Below, one piece after another: positions 11,552-25,485 of a DNA stretch of 64,000 nucleotides. Under the pieces are notes generated by a model. The model made no database searches. It was not told where the DNA came from and saw only the letters and a program-made list of their open reading frames with translations. A program made the translations under genes and the position numbers. Source of the stretch: Camelus dromedarius (lineage: Eukaryota). The stretch spans positions 51,338,001 to 51,402,000 of the forward strand of contig NC_087436.1 in NCBI RefSeq assembly GCF_036321535.1. The letters run 5' to 3'. The stretch's first letter is position 1; the number at the start of each line of letters is the position of its first letter.

Positions 11552-11670
11552 TGCAAATCCTGACTGATCTATATCTTTAGCTACATATCTATCTCTATAT
11601 ATGCAAATCCTGAGATATCTATGTTTATATATGTATATATTTATATATATGCAAATCCTGATATACATAT
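11552..11670. repeat. Degenerate minisatellite: three TGCAAATCCTGA units (11552, 11602, 11650) separated by (TA)-rich spacers
   Basis: The 12-mer is repeated exactly at 50- and 48-bp spacing. Confidence 0.85.
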
Positions 11671-12109
11671 GTTTTCAGAGGTTAAGGGAAAGAGAAGGTA
11701 AAACATATTAAATTTTATTTAAGACTATTAATCTGATATGATTTCAGTCATTTTCCTATTCCCTTTAAGTCTGGCGTACATAATACATTCTTCAGAATGC
11801 TAAGCACGTTAGTGTGAAGCTGCTTCACCTTAATTTCAGCAATGAGATTCATAAAGCAGTCATCTAGTAAGGACAACCGTAGAAGCTGATTGGGAATTAG
11901 CTCTGATGTACTCGGTCTCAGCGGTGAGTCCATCAATGGTTTGTAAACATGAAATCTAGATAGCGTCAAACTTTTAATTGGTAGTTTAAAACGTCTTTTT
12001 TTTGTGGCTAGTTAAAAACAAAAGAACAGTTATCTGTATTTCTTCTTAAGACTAAACATTTACAAAGAGGCTAGAAGCTTGGTAAGTGAGGGATCGGAGT
12101 CAGTATTAC

Positions 12110-12288
12110 CTGCTGAATTACTTCCAGGCCAGTCTTTCCCATCTGCCAGTGTTTAAATTTCTCCAGGGCTTCGTCGACAGAGAGTTTCCCATTCTTGACT
12201 TTCTCTTGCAGGAGGATAAGTTCTTCCTGCCCAGAAGCGAGGCAGTCACTTACGGTGGAAAAGGCTTGACTCTCCAACCGAGTTCTGT
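12110..12288 (-). CDS. BANK1: BANK1 exon 12 (179 nt, phase 1 to 0): DRTRLESQAFSTVSDCLASGQEELILLQEKVKNGKLSVDEALEKFKHWQMGKTGLEVIQQ (coiled-coil region)
   Basis: Acceptor ctcgtattgtag|ACAGA; donor CAG|gtaata. Overlaps ORF 12071..12277. Confidence 0.95.
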
Positions 12289-15200
12289 CTACAATACGAG
12301 AGGAGAGTGTTTTAACAAGAAGTCAGTCTATGACAACTAGGGAAAAAAAGCGTTCTGAAAAATAAGCAGTTTGAGTTTCTTGCTCAAGCTAGTCTAAGAG
12401 CAGTTACAAAATAAATCAGCATAGAATTTTTTAAATGAGTTTCTTTCTAAGGATTGTCATGCCTCACATCTAGTGTTATAGGTAAAAAGAATGTGTCTCA
12501 TTGCTAAAAATCTTAAGAGGGTGAGGAGAGAAAGAACAGAGGCAAGAGGTCTGCAGTGCACTGGTGGTGGTGGGCAGTGCCAATTTCATGTTCTTTTGTG
12601 AGGATTACTTTTGACTACGTGCACAAAATACTTAGCACAGGGCCTGCCACACGGTAAGCTATGTGACAGTTAATACTATTATTACTAATAAATATCTGTG
12701 GAATAAACATCTCTTTCCAGCTTCGGGAAAAGAGATCTCAACCAACATCCAGATGTCACGAGAGGTTTAGGATCATTTGAAAATTTATTCCTGAAAAATT
12801 TAAAACAAATAATTGCTGATCATTTTGTAGGGAACTGCTTCCTTTTCAAAAGAGTTTTATTTTGGGGGCATGCCATGTATTATGTGCTCAATACAATAAG
12901 AACATTAGATGATCCAGTGTCCCATGCGTGGCTGCTAATGCCACACCAGACACCTGCCTGAAGTACAGTGAGAGCAAATTGTAGACCATGGGTGAATTCA
13001 GTGTTCTATTTGTTCCACATGTGCTTAAAAACACGAAGTTGCATCCTTTTAGGGGCACTGTGTGTGCTCCAGGCTGCCCTGATCTCTGTCACTCCTTATC
13101 CTCTCTGGATGACATTACATTTGTACTACCTGCCTGGCTGCAGGCTCATTAGAGTTTGTACCTTCTCATTTGCGTATTTCTATTAAGTCCAATATACTTA
13201 TCGCACTATTTCAGCAGGAACTGGGTAACTCAGTGGCAGTACGTGTCTTATGCACTATCAAATCTGAATATGCCCAGAGTCTAGAAGGAGAAAAGCACTA
13301 GAACTGCCAAGCCGTAGGTAGGTGGGTGCTGAGTAAGTTGGGTATGTCCCTGGAGAATTTGCTCATTACTGGGGGCTGTTTTTCAAGAAAGAAAGAGATC
13401 AACTAGATTGTATCCAGACTAGATTGACAAGCATTTGGGAAATGGGGAGGGCATTCAAATTCTATAGTAATAAAGATTTGTTGACAGTGTTAGGATTGGT
13501 TAGTCTGGAAATGCGAAGTTCAAGTACTTGATAGCAGGTTTTAAGTGTCTGGAGGGAATTTGAGCCTTGGAGCTGTCCTGGAGTGCTCTCTCATGTCCCT
13601 TTTAGTTTTGAGAAAGATTGAGAAAGATTCTAGCACTGAATCTTGGAACAGGGACAGAGAGAGGGTTCCTTTCTGAAAAGATTCACATGGACGTAAAACT
13701 GCTCACGGTCAGTCATTCTGATTCCCACGGGGGCTTTCTTGGCTTGTCTTTTCTCTTCAGAAGTCCTCTTCCCCAGAACTAACAAGATGTCAACAGATTC
13801 TATACTCCAAATCTTTTACTTCAGGGATGATGGGGCATGAAGTCCCAGGGGAACTGGAGAAGCAAAAGTCAGCCAGAGGGCTCAGTGGCTCAGCAGCCAA
13901 AAGCATGGATAACAATTGAGATCTTGCTTCTTACAGCACTTGCTTTTTACAAGCCTCCACACTCCAGTTCGTGAGATGCAGTTTGCAGTAGAATTCTTCG
14001 TGTCACTCCTGCCAGTGTGGAGGTTTAGCATCGTCATTTAACAGCTTTGCCATTTAACTAGCACCTCACTTCTGTTATCCCTTTGCCTAAGTGCAAATCC
14101 ATTTTTATCTCAAATACCCATGCAGCTGGATGTTCTGCTTTTATAGAAGTTATCTCAAGCAAAGTCTTCCCAGCAAATCGTACCAGCTTCAGTTTTGCTA
14201 TATGTGCAGATTTAGCTGAATTAAAAAAAAAATTGAGTTCTTTTAATAACATTTATTTCAATTATCCCTTCATATTTCAAATTTTAGGTACTAAAATATA
14301 AGTAAGATGACTTTTTGAGGCGGGGAAGGGGCAGGGTTCAGTTTCTCATGGTTGTGCAGAGAGAACAAAAGAACAAAATTTAGGAGTGATAGAAGTTCTA
14401 GATAGATCAAGTGAATTGTTTACAACTGGACTAATTTTACATACATTGGTTTTTTCTTCTTTCTTTTTTACACTAAAAAGATTAGAGCAAATTATCTTGA
14501 TAAATATGTATTAGGCATAACAAGTTGCTATGAAAAATGATTAGGCATTTTACCACTTTTCGTCCTCAGGGCAGACTAATCAAACCAAAACATGCCACCT
14601 GTAATTTTTGGAAGACTGTGCAAAATTGCTTTATTGCTTTATTTAGATTACTATTTTATGGGGGATGGAAAGGATTTTTCCTCCTCTTCAACTTTATATT
14701 TATTAGTTTATTTTCATGAGAGTTAGTATGGGTCTAACATTATTTTCATTGAAAAGAACTTGTCAGACTGCTAATTGCACAGACTGCAGACTCTTGGTCT
14801 CTTATTGTAAAAGTTTCAAAACAGTATAGTTTCTAAAATTTAGTTCTTTTGGGGTCAATTTTTCTTTACAAGATTTTCCATTTGACCAAATGCTGGTCAT
14901 ATAAACATCAAGCAACCTGTGTGGTCAGTGTATGAATCTAAAACTTAGGTAAGAAAGTGAATTGAGCTTTTCATTAAAATTCTTCCTGTTACTGATTAAC
15001 TGGCTAGAAGAACATTTTTCCTGGAAATTTGAAAAGGCAACAACTTCACTGGCCAACAACAAGGGATTTAAAATATGAAATATTTACTTAAATATTAGGT
15101 AGTCATTAAAATAATAACTTAAAAAACAATGTGCAAGAGAGTATAGTTATTCTATAAGACCACGTACAAAAGCTGGATGCAAAATTCTATGTATAGCAAA

Positions 15201-15662
15201 ATTTTAACCATATAAATGTTGTATATATAATAAAGCATGGAGGCACATTTTTAAAGATGATGCAAACTATTGTGATGGTATCAGAGGTGATGACCTTTTT
15301 CTAATTTCCAGCTCTCTGCAATAATGCTATTTTTTTTATAATAAGAAAAGTTCTCTCACTCTGCTAATAGGTTTCTCCATGGAATACATACCATTCCAAG
15401 CGATGCCCAATATACTGTCCCATGCTATACCGTACTGTATCCTCTTACTAAATTATTTCGTGAGCAGCTGGAAGGAGTAACAGGACTTAAAAAAAGTCAG
15501 TGACCAAGATTCAAATCTGAAGCTGTTTTTTTTTAATCTGTATCTAGGGAACTGGCAGCAAATAAACTCAGGGCCACATAAGCAAATTCAGAGATATTTG
15601 GAGTGTTGATTTATTCGTGAGTTCCAAGTAAAGTATCTACGTCTCTTTAAGAGGGCTGCTAT

Positions 15663-16145
15663 TGGCAGGTCCTCTCCTTGACTAAGCTTTTGTCAGACTC
15701 TTCTGGGTCCTCTTCGCAACTAGGCTCTCACTTTTTGTACTTCCGTGTGTGTCTTTGCATTGCTCAATTTTTACAAGAATTCTGCTAAGTTGGTTTAGCC
15801 AAAATTCCCCACCCTTGATATCTGATCACCCTCAATGTCTGATTGGGTTCCTTTATCTTCCATCACCCCCTAGGTGATATTGGATCATCTTCGCCTGTCT
15901 TGAGCAGGAATCCTTTTAGGTCAATTGTACCCCTGGTGTTTTCTCTTAGTAATTTTCCATTCACTCCTCACCCCTCCCACACACTCTGCTCGCTCTTTTC
16001 CTTGCTGTATTCAGGGCTGAGACCAACCTCTCCCCGCTACTGCAAAACTCCACTGCAGTAGTCCTCAGATAGCTATATCCAGGCCCCCTTGAGTAAAGCT
16101 GGCCTTACTATTTTAACAAATGTCCTAATAATTTTTTCATTGACA
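15663..16145 (+). mobile_element. ERV1 solo LTR (MER31-like)
   Basis: TG...CA ends; ctctccttgactaagctt, aagaattctgctaagt, cccacccttgatatctgatcaccctc; an agtaaa poly(A)-like signal near the 3' end. Confidence 0.75.
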
Positions 16146-16349
16146 ATGAATTCTTTGCCATTTCACTTTAATTGCAGACGTAGAACATGACTTCCCCCCA
16201 CACCATTTGGAAAATACAGAAGAGTACTAACCAACAAAACAGCTATCACTCGATATTATACTCTTCAGAAATGTGGAGTGTTAACATTCTGATGTTTATC
16301 CTTTTTAAAGTTTCTTTCTTTTCTTTTTTTTTTTTCCTGAGCTAGGTTT

Positions 16350-19090
16350 ATACTGATAAGTTTCCTGCTCTTTTCTCTTACTCATATGCCATTAAATATT
16401 CTATGAAACATGAGTTTTGGTGGCTGCATTATATTCTTAAGTTTGTATATTCAATAAAATGTTTACCTGCTTCCCTACTGTTGGCTATTTTTTATTGTTT
16501 CTAATTTTTCCCCACAATTATGTATCACTGGTGCTTTAAAGTCTTTAACGTAAATCACTGGCTGTATTGCTGTTTATTTTCGTCGGTTAGACTCGTAAAA
16601 GTCTAATTTTTGCGTAAGAACATTTTTAAAGCTGTTGATACTCAGTGCCCAACTCATTTCCTGGAAGTGTGCTGTTAAACACACTCTCACCAGTTGGATG
16701 TGGGAGTGTATGTCTCAACGCACTTTTGATAATATTTTGCATTATTCAAGTAAAAAAAGGCACAGAAGCTTTAATAACTTTATAGCTAATTACAGTGATA
16801 TTCTTTCCCTGCTAGTGCTTCTCATGCCAGTGTGATGCTAAGCACCGCAGCTTTAAGCACCGCATAAGTGATGGACCTTAATAACACACATGGCAAGTGT
16901 GCTGCCTCAATCTTTTTATTTTCCTAAAAGGTTGCCTCATTTCTGCTCTTCTTACTTATTTATAATCTTTATGAGTTCAGAAGCATTCTTCTAAACTGTT
17001 GTCTCTCTCTCCAAAGGGGAAAAAAAGTCCTTTCAAAGTGATTGGGATTTTTTAAAAAATCTGTAAATTATTTAAAGAAGCATTTAGTCTATTTAATCTG
17101 CCCATGCGAGAAAATGGTATGCCTCTCTTTTTAATAGAAACTTTTGGTTTTCAACGTATAGTGAATAAGCTTTTTTCTTTTATGACATCTCCAAACTAGC
17201 ATTGCTGGTATGTAAAAAGGGAAAATTATTTCTGAATTATATCAAGCTGTTTTAAATAATTTTAAGAGTCTTATAGTTGATTCTATAATGGTCTGTAGGC
17301 ATGTACACATATCATCTAAAAAATAATGGAAAAGCACCTTCTCTTTCCAAATAATTACACTTTTTATTTTAGACTCGTGTTATTCCAGTTGTTAGAATCT
17401 TCTAGAATAAGCCTCCTTATCTTGTTTCTAGCATTAAGGAGCTCTGTTCTTGAGCTAGTAAGACATTCCTGATCATGCTGAGAAATTATTCTCTTTCTTA
17501 TTTTATAAGATTTTTGAAAATTGTGAATAGTTGAACAATAATGATTTACATCTATTTCATCATTAACTGAGATTTGCATGCATTTTTTTCTTAATGAAAT
17601 AACTAGCACATTACACTAATATTTCACCACGTGAGATGGTTCTGTAATACAAAAATTCTCCTTTACTTGAGTTTTCAATAACTCAGTGGTGAAACTTGTC
17701 CTAGGTTATCTTTTGAGTTAAAAAAAATCTGCAAAACTCCATAGCGATTAATCTAGTAGTACTTCAAAAAATTCTCTCATCACCTGACATAGTTTTTTAA
17801 TAAGCTGACTTTGTTTTATTAATACACTTTATTATTTAGAGCAGTTTTATGTTCATAGTCAAAATGAGCAGAAGTACAAAGGTCTCCCATATACCCCAGT
17901 CTCCACATGTGCATCGCTTCCCACATTATCAACGCCGCCCACCGGAGGGGCACACGTGTTACAACTGAAGAGCCTATGCTGACATGTCATTATGACCTGA
18001 CATAACTTTGTTAACTAGTATTTCTCTTTGAAAAGTCATACATTTTCAAGCACAAACAATTCCTCTGATTCTATGTACTGACATCTTCTTGTGACTGATT
18101 TTCTCATTGGTGTTGTCTCTTGATTAGATTTGCCAGAGGATTTGCTAATTTACTCTTTTTAAAAGTAAACTTTTAGATTTAGTCAATAGTCCTTGTGGTT
18201 TCACATCTGTGAATTCTTTAAATTCTACCATTTATTTCATTAGTTTTTATTCCATAATTTTTTTTTCACTAGTGTTCAGTTTCTTTGTTTTCCTTTTCTT
18301 GTTTAATAACTAAAGCTTTACAAAGAATATTTGGATAATGCAAATAATTCTTCCAAATTGTCTTTTGTAGATTTACATTTTCATGATTAAATTTTGCCTG
18401 ACATAAAAAAGAAAATAACTAAAGCTTTAAGGCCATGATGTTTCCTCTGCTTACAGTTTGCTTTCTAAGCATTCAATTGTGTTTCTAATTTTCTCTTTGC
18501 CTTCAGAAGTTTTCTAGAATTTCTCCAGTTGTTTTTCATTTCTGCTATTAATTCTTTAAAAAGTATACTGAGATCAGAAAGTTAGTTGAGTAGGTCATAT
18601 TTTTATTAAATTTTTAAAAAGTGAGATAGCCTATTATCAATTAAGGATCTTGAAAGGTGTATAGTCTATTAAGTACAAACTTACATTATCTTAATTTTTT
18701 TTGCATTTTTACTATTTTATCAAAGATTCAAAGTATTTATGACCTCTCACTATTACTGTGGTTTTTGTCAGATTCTTTTATTCTACCATATTTTATTTAA
18801 ATATTTAAATGTTTTAAAATTTGCCACATAAAAGAGCATGAATGACATGCTTTTATTTGGATTTTAGAATTTAAATAAATAAATAGATTTTCTTTTCTAA
18901 TGCTTTTGTCTTGAGTTCTTTTTTTTCTAAAATTAAGGTTGAAAACAACTCCATTACTGTTTCTTTCAGCATTCATTACTGACCATACATTTTTAACTTT
19001 TCTTTAGTATTTTTTGTCTTATATCTTTTAAAAGCAGAATATAGTTTGATTTTTGTCTTTTATCCAAATTTGAATCTGCATCTTTTATAA
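16350..19090 (-). mobile_element. Highly decayed L1ME-type LINE segments
   Basis: Long T-rich antisense L1-like tract (tggctgcattatattc, cattgctggtatgtaaaa, gctttaaggccatgatgtttcctct, gacctctcactattactgtgg). Boundaries are poor. Confidence 0.55.
17805..17994 (-). mobile_element. L1MC/L1MD-type 3' end nested in the older L1
   Basis: tttagagcagttttatgttcatag..aaaatgagcagaagtaca..ctcccatatacccc; homologous to the reverse complement of 58740-58900; flanked by acctgacata repeats. Confidence 0.8.
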
Positions 19091-19099
19091 AAGAAAATG

Positions 19100-19520
19100 T
19101 GTAAGGTGGTATTTGGAACCAGGCGAGCATGGGTACAAATCTCAGCTCTCTCACCCAGCCTTTGTAAACTTCAATTTGTCTATAAAATGCAGATAAATAA
19201 CACCTTTATTACAGGGTTGTTGCCAGGGTTGAAGGAGCTTATATGTGTGACATGCTTTGTAACCATCCAAGCTTGTGCAAAAGCCCAGGGCGTCATAGAA
19301 ATTGTGTTGTAATTGCTGTTATAATGACTACTTGGAACGACAGGACAGTAGGAAACTTAGACTTCAGAGTCAAACAGCATTAAATTTAAATTTTATCTCT
19401 ACCTCTTAGTTCTGTGGCCTTGATTAGAGATAACGAATCCATCTTCAAAGGGAAAATAATACCTGTCTCATAAGACAGCTGTGAGGACTTGCCGTGGTGT
19501 ATGAATGCTGCACAAGGCCC
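19100..19520 (+). mobile_element. Two adjacent MIR SINE remnants (about 19100-19270 and 19345-19520)
   Basis: tctataaaatgcagataaataacacc..acagggttgttg; and agacttcagagtcaaacag..tagttctgtggccttg..aataatacctgtctcataag. Confidence 0.6.
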
Positions 19521-21591
19521 TCGGTGACTGTTCCTGCTCTGTGAGGCTGTTTCACTGACACGCATATTGTCATAACTGTTGTTCTATACAAAATCTTACT
19601 CTTTTTTTTGCCTTTTCTTTTAGTTTCCATCTTTCGATACAAAGGTGGGATAGAGATAGACTATACGCAATTTACCTTAATCTAGTAAATGAAAGTTCAA
19701 AATATATCATACTTCTTTACAGTTATTTTCTAAAAAGTTAAAATACTTACAAAAAGCTTCAGATTTAAACAATTGCAAGTCATTAGTTGAAATGTTCTTA
19801 CTTTGTGTATGTGAGTGGAGCACATGTGCACGTACACACGTGTGCGTATTTTCTCTTATCGCCATACTGATAGCGTAGTGCTTCTTGGGAAGCACTTACT
19901 CAACCTTACTCATTAAATAAATGATTTACGGAAGCATAATTATCCTGAATCTTCACGATGAAATTATCTTTCCTTTTCCTTAACGTGGTTTTTGAAGTTT
20001 TCATATTATTTATTTGTTCTCTTCTTCAACCTCCTTGAGAGAAAACGCATCTACGGAATCACGCTCAACAAGAGATTTGGTGTTTATTTATCCTTTGCTT
20101 CTATTCCTTGTGTTCAGATCAAATTTTGTTCTGTGCTCAAGGATTGCAGAAGACTCTGATAGGTGTAATTCACAACTCAAGATCACAGGGCTTAGCAGGC
20201 TTTGTCTAAGGCAGCTTTGCCACATATAGATGGAACATGATTCTTTGGCACTGTGTACTGAGAGGCTGCAAGCAACTGACTCCCTGAATAAACATTAATT
20301 CTTCCTGCCCAACCCATCTTTCCATCCCAGAGCTTTACTGAAGGGTCTCAGGAGGCTTTCTACTGGGAGAACTACTTTTTCTGCATGTGTATATAAAGAC
20401 CAGAGCTGAAGTGGGGAAAACTTAAAAAAAAATTAGCATTCTTATAGTAGAGTGATAGCTGGGGGTCAGCGGGTGGACTACTGATTTTATTTGTTTTAAT
20501 CCCCTTTCTTTAACCTTAGAATTAATTGGAATTAGTCTCATATCCTAGCTAGTATCAGCTCCAATCTTTGTTTCCACTATTATTAAGAATTTCATCTTTT
20601 TGACGCCTTTCTTTCACAAGCATTTCTGAGAGGTCACTGTGGGCTGTTGACACATCCCAATTTTAGACAAGAACGCAGCTATTCCACAAGTTTTTCCAGG
20701 TATGACTAGAATGAAAAAAAAACAAAAAAAACCAAAAACCCTCCCGTGAATAATATGACAAATGGAAATGTAAGTTATACTGAAAAAGAGATCTGAAGCC
20801 ATTACTCTTTTCTGGGATACAAATAACCACATTTTGATAATTTCCCCTCTTTTCTTTTTAATATATCCAGTACTGGCCAAAACAGTCTGATAAAAATACC
20901 TCAGGGACCAGCATTCTCTTTTCCCCACATAAGGGTAATACCATCTGCTTTTCCCCAGGTCTCCTGCTTAGAGAAAACTCTATTATTTAACATTCATCAA
21001 ACTGCTGCAGTACTGGGCATTTAGAAAGCTTGTACAAGATACGTTCCCTGACTGTATCTTTCCCAAGAGCATGCACACCCTCTGGAAAGACCAGCCAATA
21101 ACGACTTTGCAGTCTGCAGTGGAGAACTAGTGGGCAGAGACTATACCAGAGGTTGCAAACTCGTAAGCCAACAAGGGCCAGACAGAGTTATTGAGCAGAG
21201 AAGACTTAGTGCCTGCTTATTAAACACATCTGAATAGTCTTCATTATCAAAAATAAATATTTCCTATTTGTGTTTTTATTGATAGCATGATTCTCTTGGT
21301 ATCTCTTTTATTTTCCCACTTCTGATAGAATTATAAGTTTAGAGAAACGTGTCTCAAATATAAGAAAACAACATGGAAAGGATGGTAACAAATGATAACA
21401 GCAAAAGTCATCTGTAGCAAATGATTCAATAATATAATTGGGTGTGATCGGGGATTTGAATTTTTACATGAGACATGGATTTTAGCATGGTGGAAACAGC
21501 AAAAAATTGAAATTATACTGTGCACATGATAACATATTTAGAGGCCAGATGTGATCACAAGATAGCCTTTGAAACAGTTTCGTTTGGTTAA

Positions 21592-21593
<2 letters not shown>

Positions 21594-21630
<37 letters not shown>
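21594..21630. repeat. (TG)18 microsatellite
   Basis: Perfect dinucleotide run. Confidence 0.97.
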
Positions 21631-21631
<1 letters not shown>

Positions 21632-24600
21632 GGTTTGAGATTTATTATTCTTAGAGCTCATTACTATTCTCACGCGTTACACTTGTAGCCCACGTCTACA
21701 GTAGGACTTAGGCGACCAAATTCTAGAATTTCTACAAACACTTCTTATGCTCACGTAGGAATGAGAGTCACTGGTACAGGCAGCTGGTTAGGGTGGTCGT
21801 GCTCCTCCCACCTCCCACCTAGCTCTACCCTGCAAGGAAATGGTTTGCCTCCTAAGTGTGACAGCAACAAAGCACGCTCGGGGCACTACTTAACGGTGTA
21901 GCTGAGCACACCTGTGGCTGTGACTCATGCTCACAGGGAGGCAGGTAAGAAGGTAAGAAGCCTAAACCTCTTCAGTTGCCATGTATCATATCTGAGATAA
22001 GACTGTGTTAATTAATAAAACAGAAATGATTCCAATGAAGGTAGAAAAGACCCCCTTAGTATGGCCCCCCAAAAGATACAACAGAGGGAAGAAAAGCTGT
22101 AACAGGTACAGGAGATGTGAACAATCTTGACCCTAGACTACTATAAGATTTTGTGAGGCAGGAGAATTAACCAGATTTTTACATGTCCTTGAAGCCCTGA
22201 CATTCGTCCATTACCCTTTGACCTGGTCATGTTCGCCTAATTACTAGCTATATTTTATAGAAACTGTATTATTTGGCAAGGGCCTAATGAATGCAAGCAT
22301 TCTAGTCACTGGAAAGGAACCCTGCTACAGTATAGATTTAATAGATTGGAATTGGGGGTTATAAATCAGTCCTCTGTGAGCTTGGTTAACAGGACTCAGA
22401 CTATAAGACTCTGATTGACTCCAAACCCACTGACAAAATTCAGTTCTCTGGTTTGCAGATTTGAAGACCAAACCCTTGACTGCTCCGTGAGACACAGTTT
22501 TGGGAAGTGGGTGGAGGTGTGGTGGCAGCATATTCTGGGGACACCACTCTGGCACTGATTTAAAAATTTTTCTAATTTTAAAACCAACTTGGAAAAACTG
22601 ATTTTAAAAACTACATTTTGATGGAAACTTTTATCTATGATCCAAAGTCCTCAGCATTTTTCTTAGATTTTTTCAAGATGTGAAAATTGAGTTGAAGAAA
22701 TCTGTCGAGTTTCCGTGGAAAGGGTGCCAATTAATGTTTTTCTGTTCCTCAGGAAAATTCCTTGACTTAGCAATAATGTAAGCTCCTGGCAATCCCTCGG
22801 CAGTCTTCAACACGGGGCATCTGAAAAGCCTATACTTTCCGTGGGAAAACAGTTGGCTCTCATTGTGCCTTTCCCTTCCAGGGTCGAGTGAAATAATTGA
22901 GTAATTTCTTTAGCCTTTAGAGAACCTGTCTAATCCCTTTAAAAAATCTTAACTCTGACAAATACTTCATAAAAGGGCCCTTTCTGTTCTTTACCAAATA
23001 ACGAGATTAGCACTTGGTGAAGCATGTATTGCGCTCGTATTGCTCTTCCTGTTACGCCGTGAAATCCCGCGATATTTGAAGAGCATTCGTTAATTTAGGG
23101 ATGAGCGGTTTTAATTGCCTAGAATGTCCCACGGTCTGTAAGGCCACACGTGTCTAGAAAGGTTTTGAGAAAAATGGTTAGACAGAGTCCACTGGGTACT
23201 TAATTCTTTAATTTCAAAATCTCCGCAGTTATTCTTGATTTTTTCTCCTATGCTAGATTCTGATTCCTCTGCAGACTGCAGTCACCAGGGAAGCTTTTTT
23301 GTTCTAAACGTGTCATAAGATTGAATATTCCTCCAGTCCTTGCAAACAGAACAATATTTGTTTCCATTTTGCTTAAGTATTGGTTAAAGGAATCCCGTGG
23401 AACTGCTCTAAAGTGACTAACCAAAACTATCACCAATAAATGGATTTAAAACATCTAAAGAGAGAAAAATTCACACAAGAATATTTGATTAAAATTTTCA
23501 GTATCCTAACCCCTAAGAATTAAACAAATTTAGTCATCACTGATCTTGATGAAGCAAATTAAGTTCACAAGATACAGACAAATATTAAACCAATAAAGTA
23601 TAATTTAGGTTCTTGTTTCCTTTCACCATTCTCTCTTCTCCCTTTTTTCTGAGTACAGAAGGGAATATTTTTTTTTTCTATGCATATGATAGAATGATAA
23701 TTGGTCCCTTCCAGCTTCAAGTGCATTAGCAGCCTTTCCCTCGATGGCATGCTGGGGGACACCCTGAGGATGGTGGGTAAGGGTAGGCATTCCGAGGATC
23801 CCTTCCTTACACTTGCTACTCGTCACCTTCCCTCATCTCCTGTGGCCTTCTTCACATCTGTCCTTTAATTCTAACAGAATCTAATTAAAAATATGGTAAT
23901 TGAATAATTTATTAAAAATGGTTCAGGGAAATTTTCTCCCCAAGAGCTCAAAGCATTCCCCCCTCTTTATTCTTTCCAAATGCAAGCTCTGTGAGGTATG
24001 CAGGGGAGTCCAGATAAGAATAATCTTCTCTACTTCGTTTAATTCCTTCAATAACGGTTGGATCCTAATTGGACAATAATCTCATATGGAGTTCTGCATT
24101 TATTTCTTGAGAGAGCTAAAGGCACAGTGGGAGGATAATAGTAGACTTAATGTATCTTGCTCCTCCAAATAAGAAACCACTAGAAATGAAAAGCTGTCCA
24201 ATGAGGAGAGTTTTTTGCATGCAGATTTATAAGAAGTATATCCAAGTGATTCAAGGGAGGCTGGGAGTTCGGGGTCATCGTGTGCTCCATTCAAACACCG
24301 TGAACTTAATTGGAAGAATGATCTAAGTACAACCTTGCTGCCATGACAAATGACACTCGAAGTGATGGGTGAAGATCACTCTTTTAAAGACACATCTTCG
24401 TTTGGAGGATGACCCTCGGTGTCCGCGGAGCTAGTCTGTTGAGGCTCTGTATTTAACAGCACAGGGAGTGTTAGGAGTGGTTGTGATCGGTACCTTGCTA
24501 TTTTCACAATGGCCCCAGAAGAGACTGACTGTGGCTGTGGTTAGTGGCTGCTGTGAAATAACCTCCCAATTTTATTATAATGTTTTTCTCAATAATTTAA

Positions 24601-25419
24601 GGGTAAAAATTTCACAGTATTATTATTTTAGAGTGACGTTATTTCAACAGTGCGTTGAGGCCAGAAGCATTTGTACATGCTCACTGATCATCAGAGTCAG
24701 CCGTGCCACCTCCACCTCTGCCACCCTTTATGTTTTTCATTTTTGACCTTTAATCAAGGCCTGATTATCGGGAAAGACTCATAATAAGTAACCTGCTAGA
24801 ATCTCCCTTTTCAATAGGAACCAAGTATGTCAGGGGAGACTGAAGGCAGCTGCCTCCTTACAGAGCATGAGGGAACTATTCCTCCTGTGTGAGATGACTT
24901 GTAGTGACAGTATCCAGCTCTTCTCTGCGTGACAAATAATTGTTCAAAAAAACTGATGGATCAAGTGCTGAAGGCAAGAGAATAGTGAGAGAAGGGTACA
25001 GTCTTTGGAGTTCAGTGTAGAGCACAGACAACCCATGCTGGTCCCCTTGTTTGGGGAATCGACCATCTGCCCTTCCACCAAGTTAAGTTCCAGGGGCTTC
25101 TCTCTGAAGGTCTAGGGCAGCATGGAGACACACTAGAGAGTCTATCCTACTTGACCCTCCCAGAGCCCTGATAACGAACAACACCATCAACATCTCCACA
25201 AATATCTTCACAAGGCCATTTCTTGCCTTTGTTAATTAAAATAATTTCCTTGCATTAATCTTATTATGGAAAAATTATATTTGGGTAAGACACTGATGTA
25301 AGAGTAAAATTAATATAGTTCACACTTACTCCTACTTCAGGAGACTTTGTTCAGTATTCATAAGACTTCTTTAAATCTTACTTAGAGATCAGTAAATAAA
25401 CTGAAGTTCATGTCAGTAC

Positions 25420-25485
25420 CTTGTTTCTTAGGACCATGAAACTTGTCACCATCAGACTGTCTTCTGGCTGCCTTTTGTTGAAACA
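25420..25485 (-). CDS. BANK1: BANK1 exon 11 (66 nt, phase 1 to 1): VFQQKAARRQSDGDKFHGPKKQ
   Basis: Acceptor tttttttacag|TGTTT; donor CAAG|gtactg. Not in the ORF track; found by reading the minus strand. The frame joins exons 10 and 12. Confidence 0.93.

Noticed and set aside
11552..11670. CRISPR-like repeat-spacer pattern
   Set aside because: Eukaryotic context, only three 12-bp repeats, low-complexity TA spacers and no cas genes.
12285..12290. Alternative acceptor 4 nt into exon 12 (tag|acag|)
   Set aside because: It would frameshift the conserved coiled-coil region; the upstream TAG gives the expected peptide.
13470..13640. Possible CR1/L3 remnant
   Set aside because: Only one short motif (ttgatagcaggttttaagtgtctggaggg) resembles it; too weak to call without a profile search.
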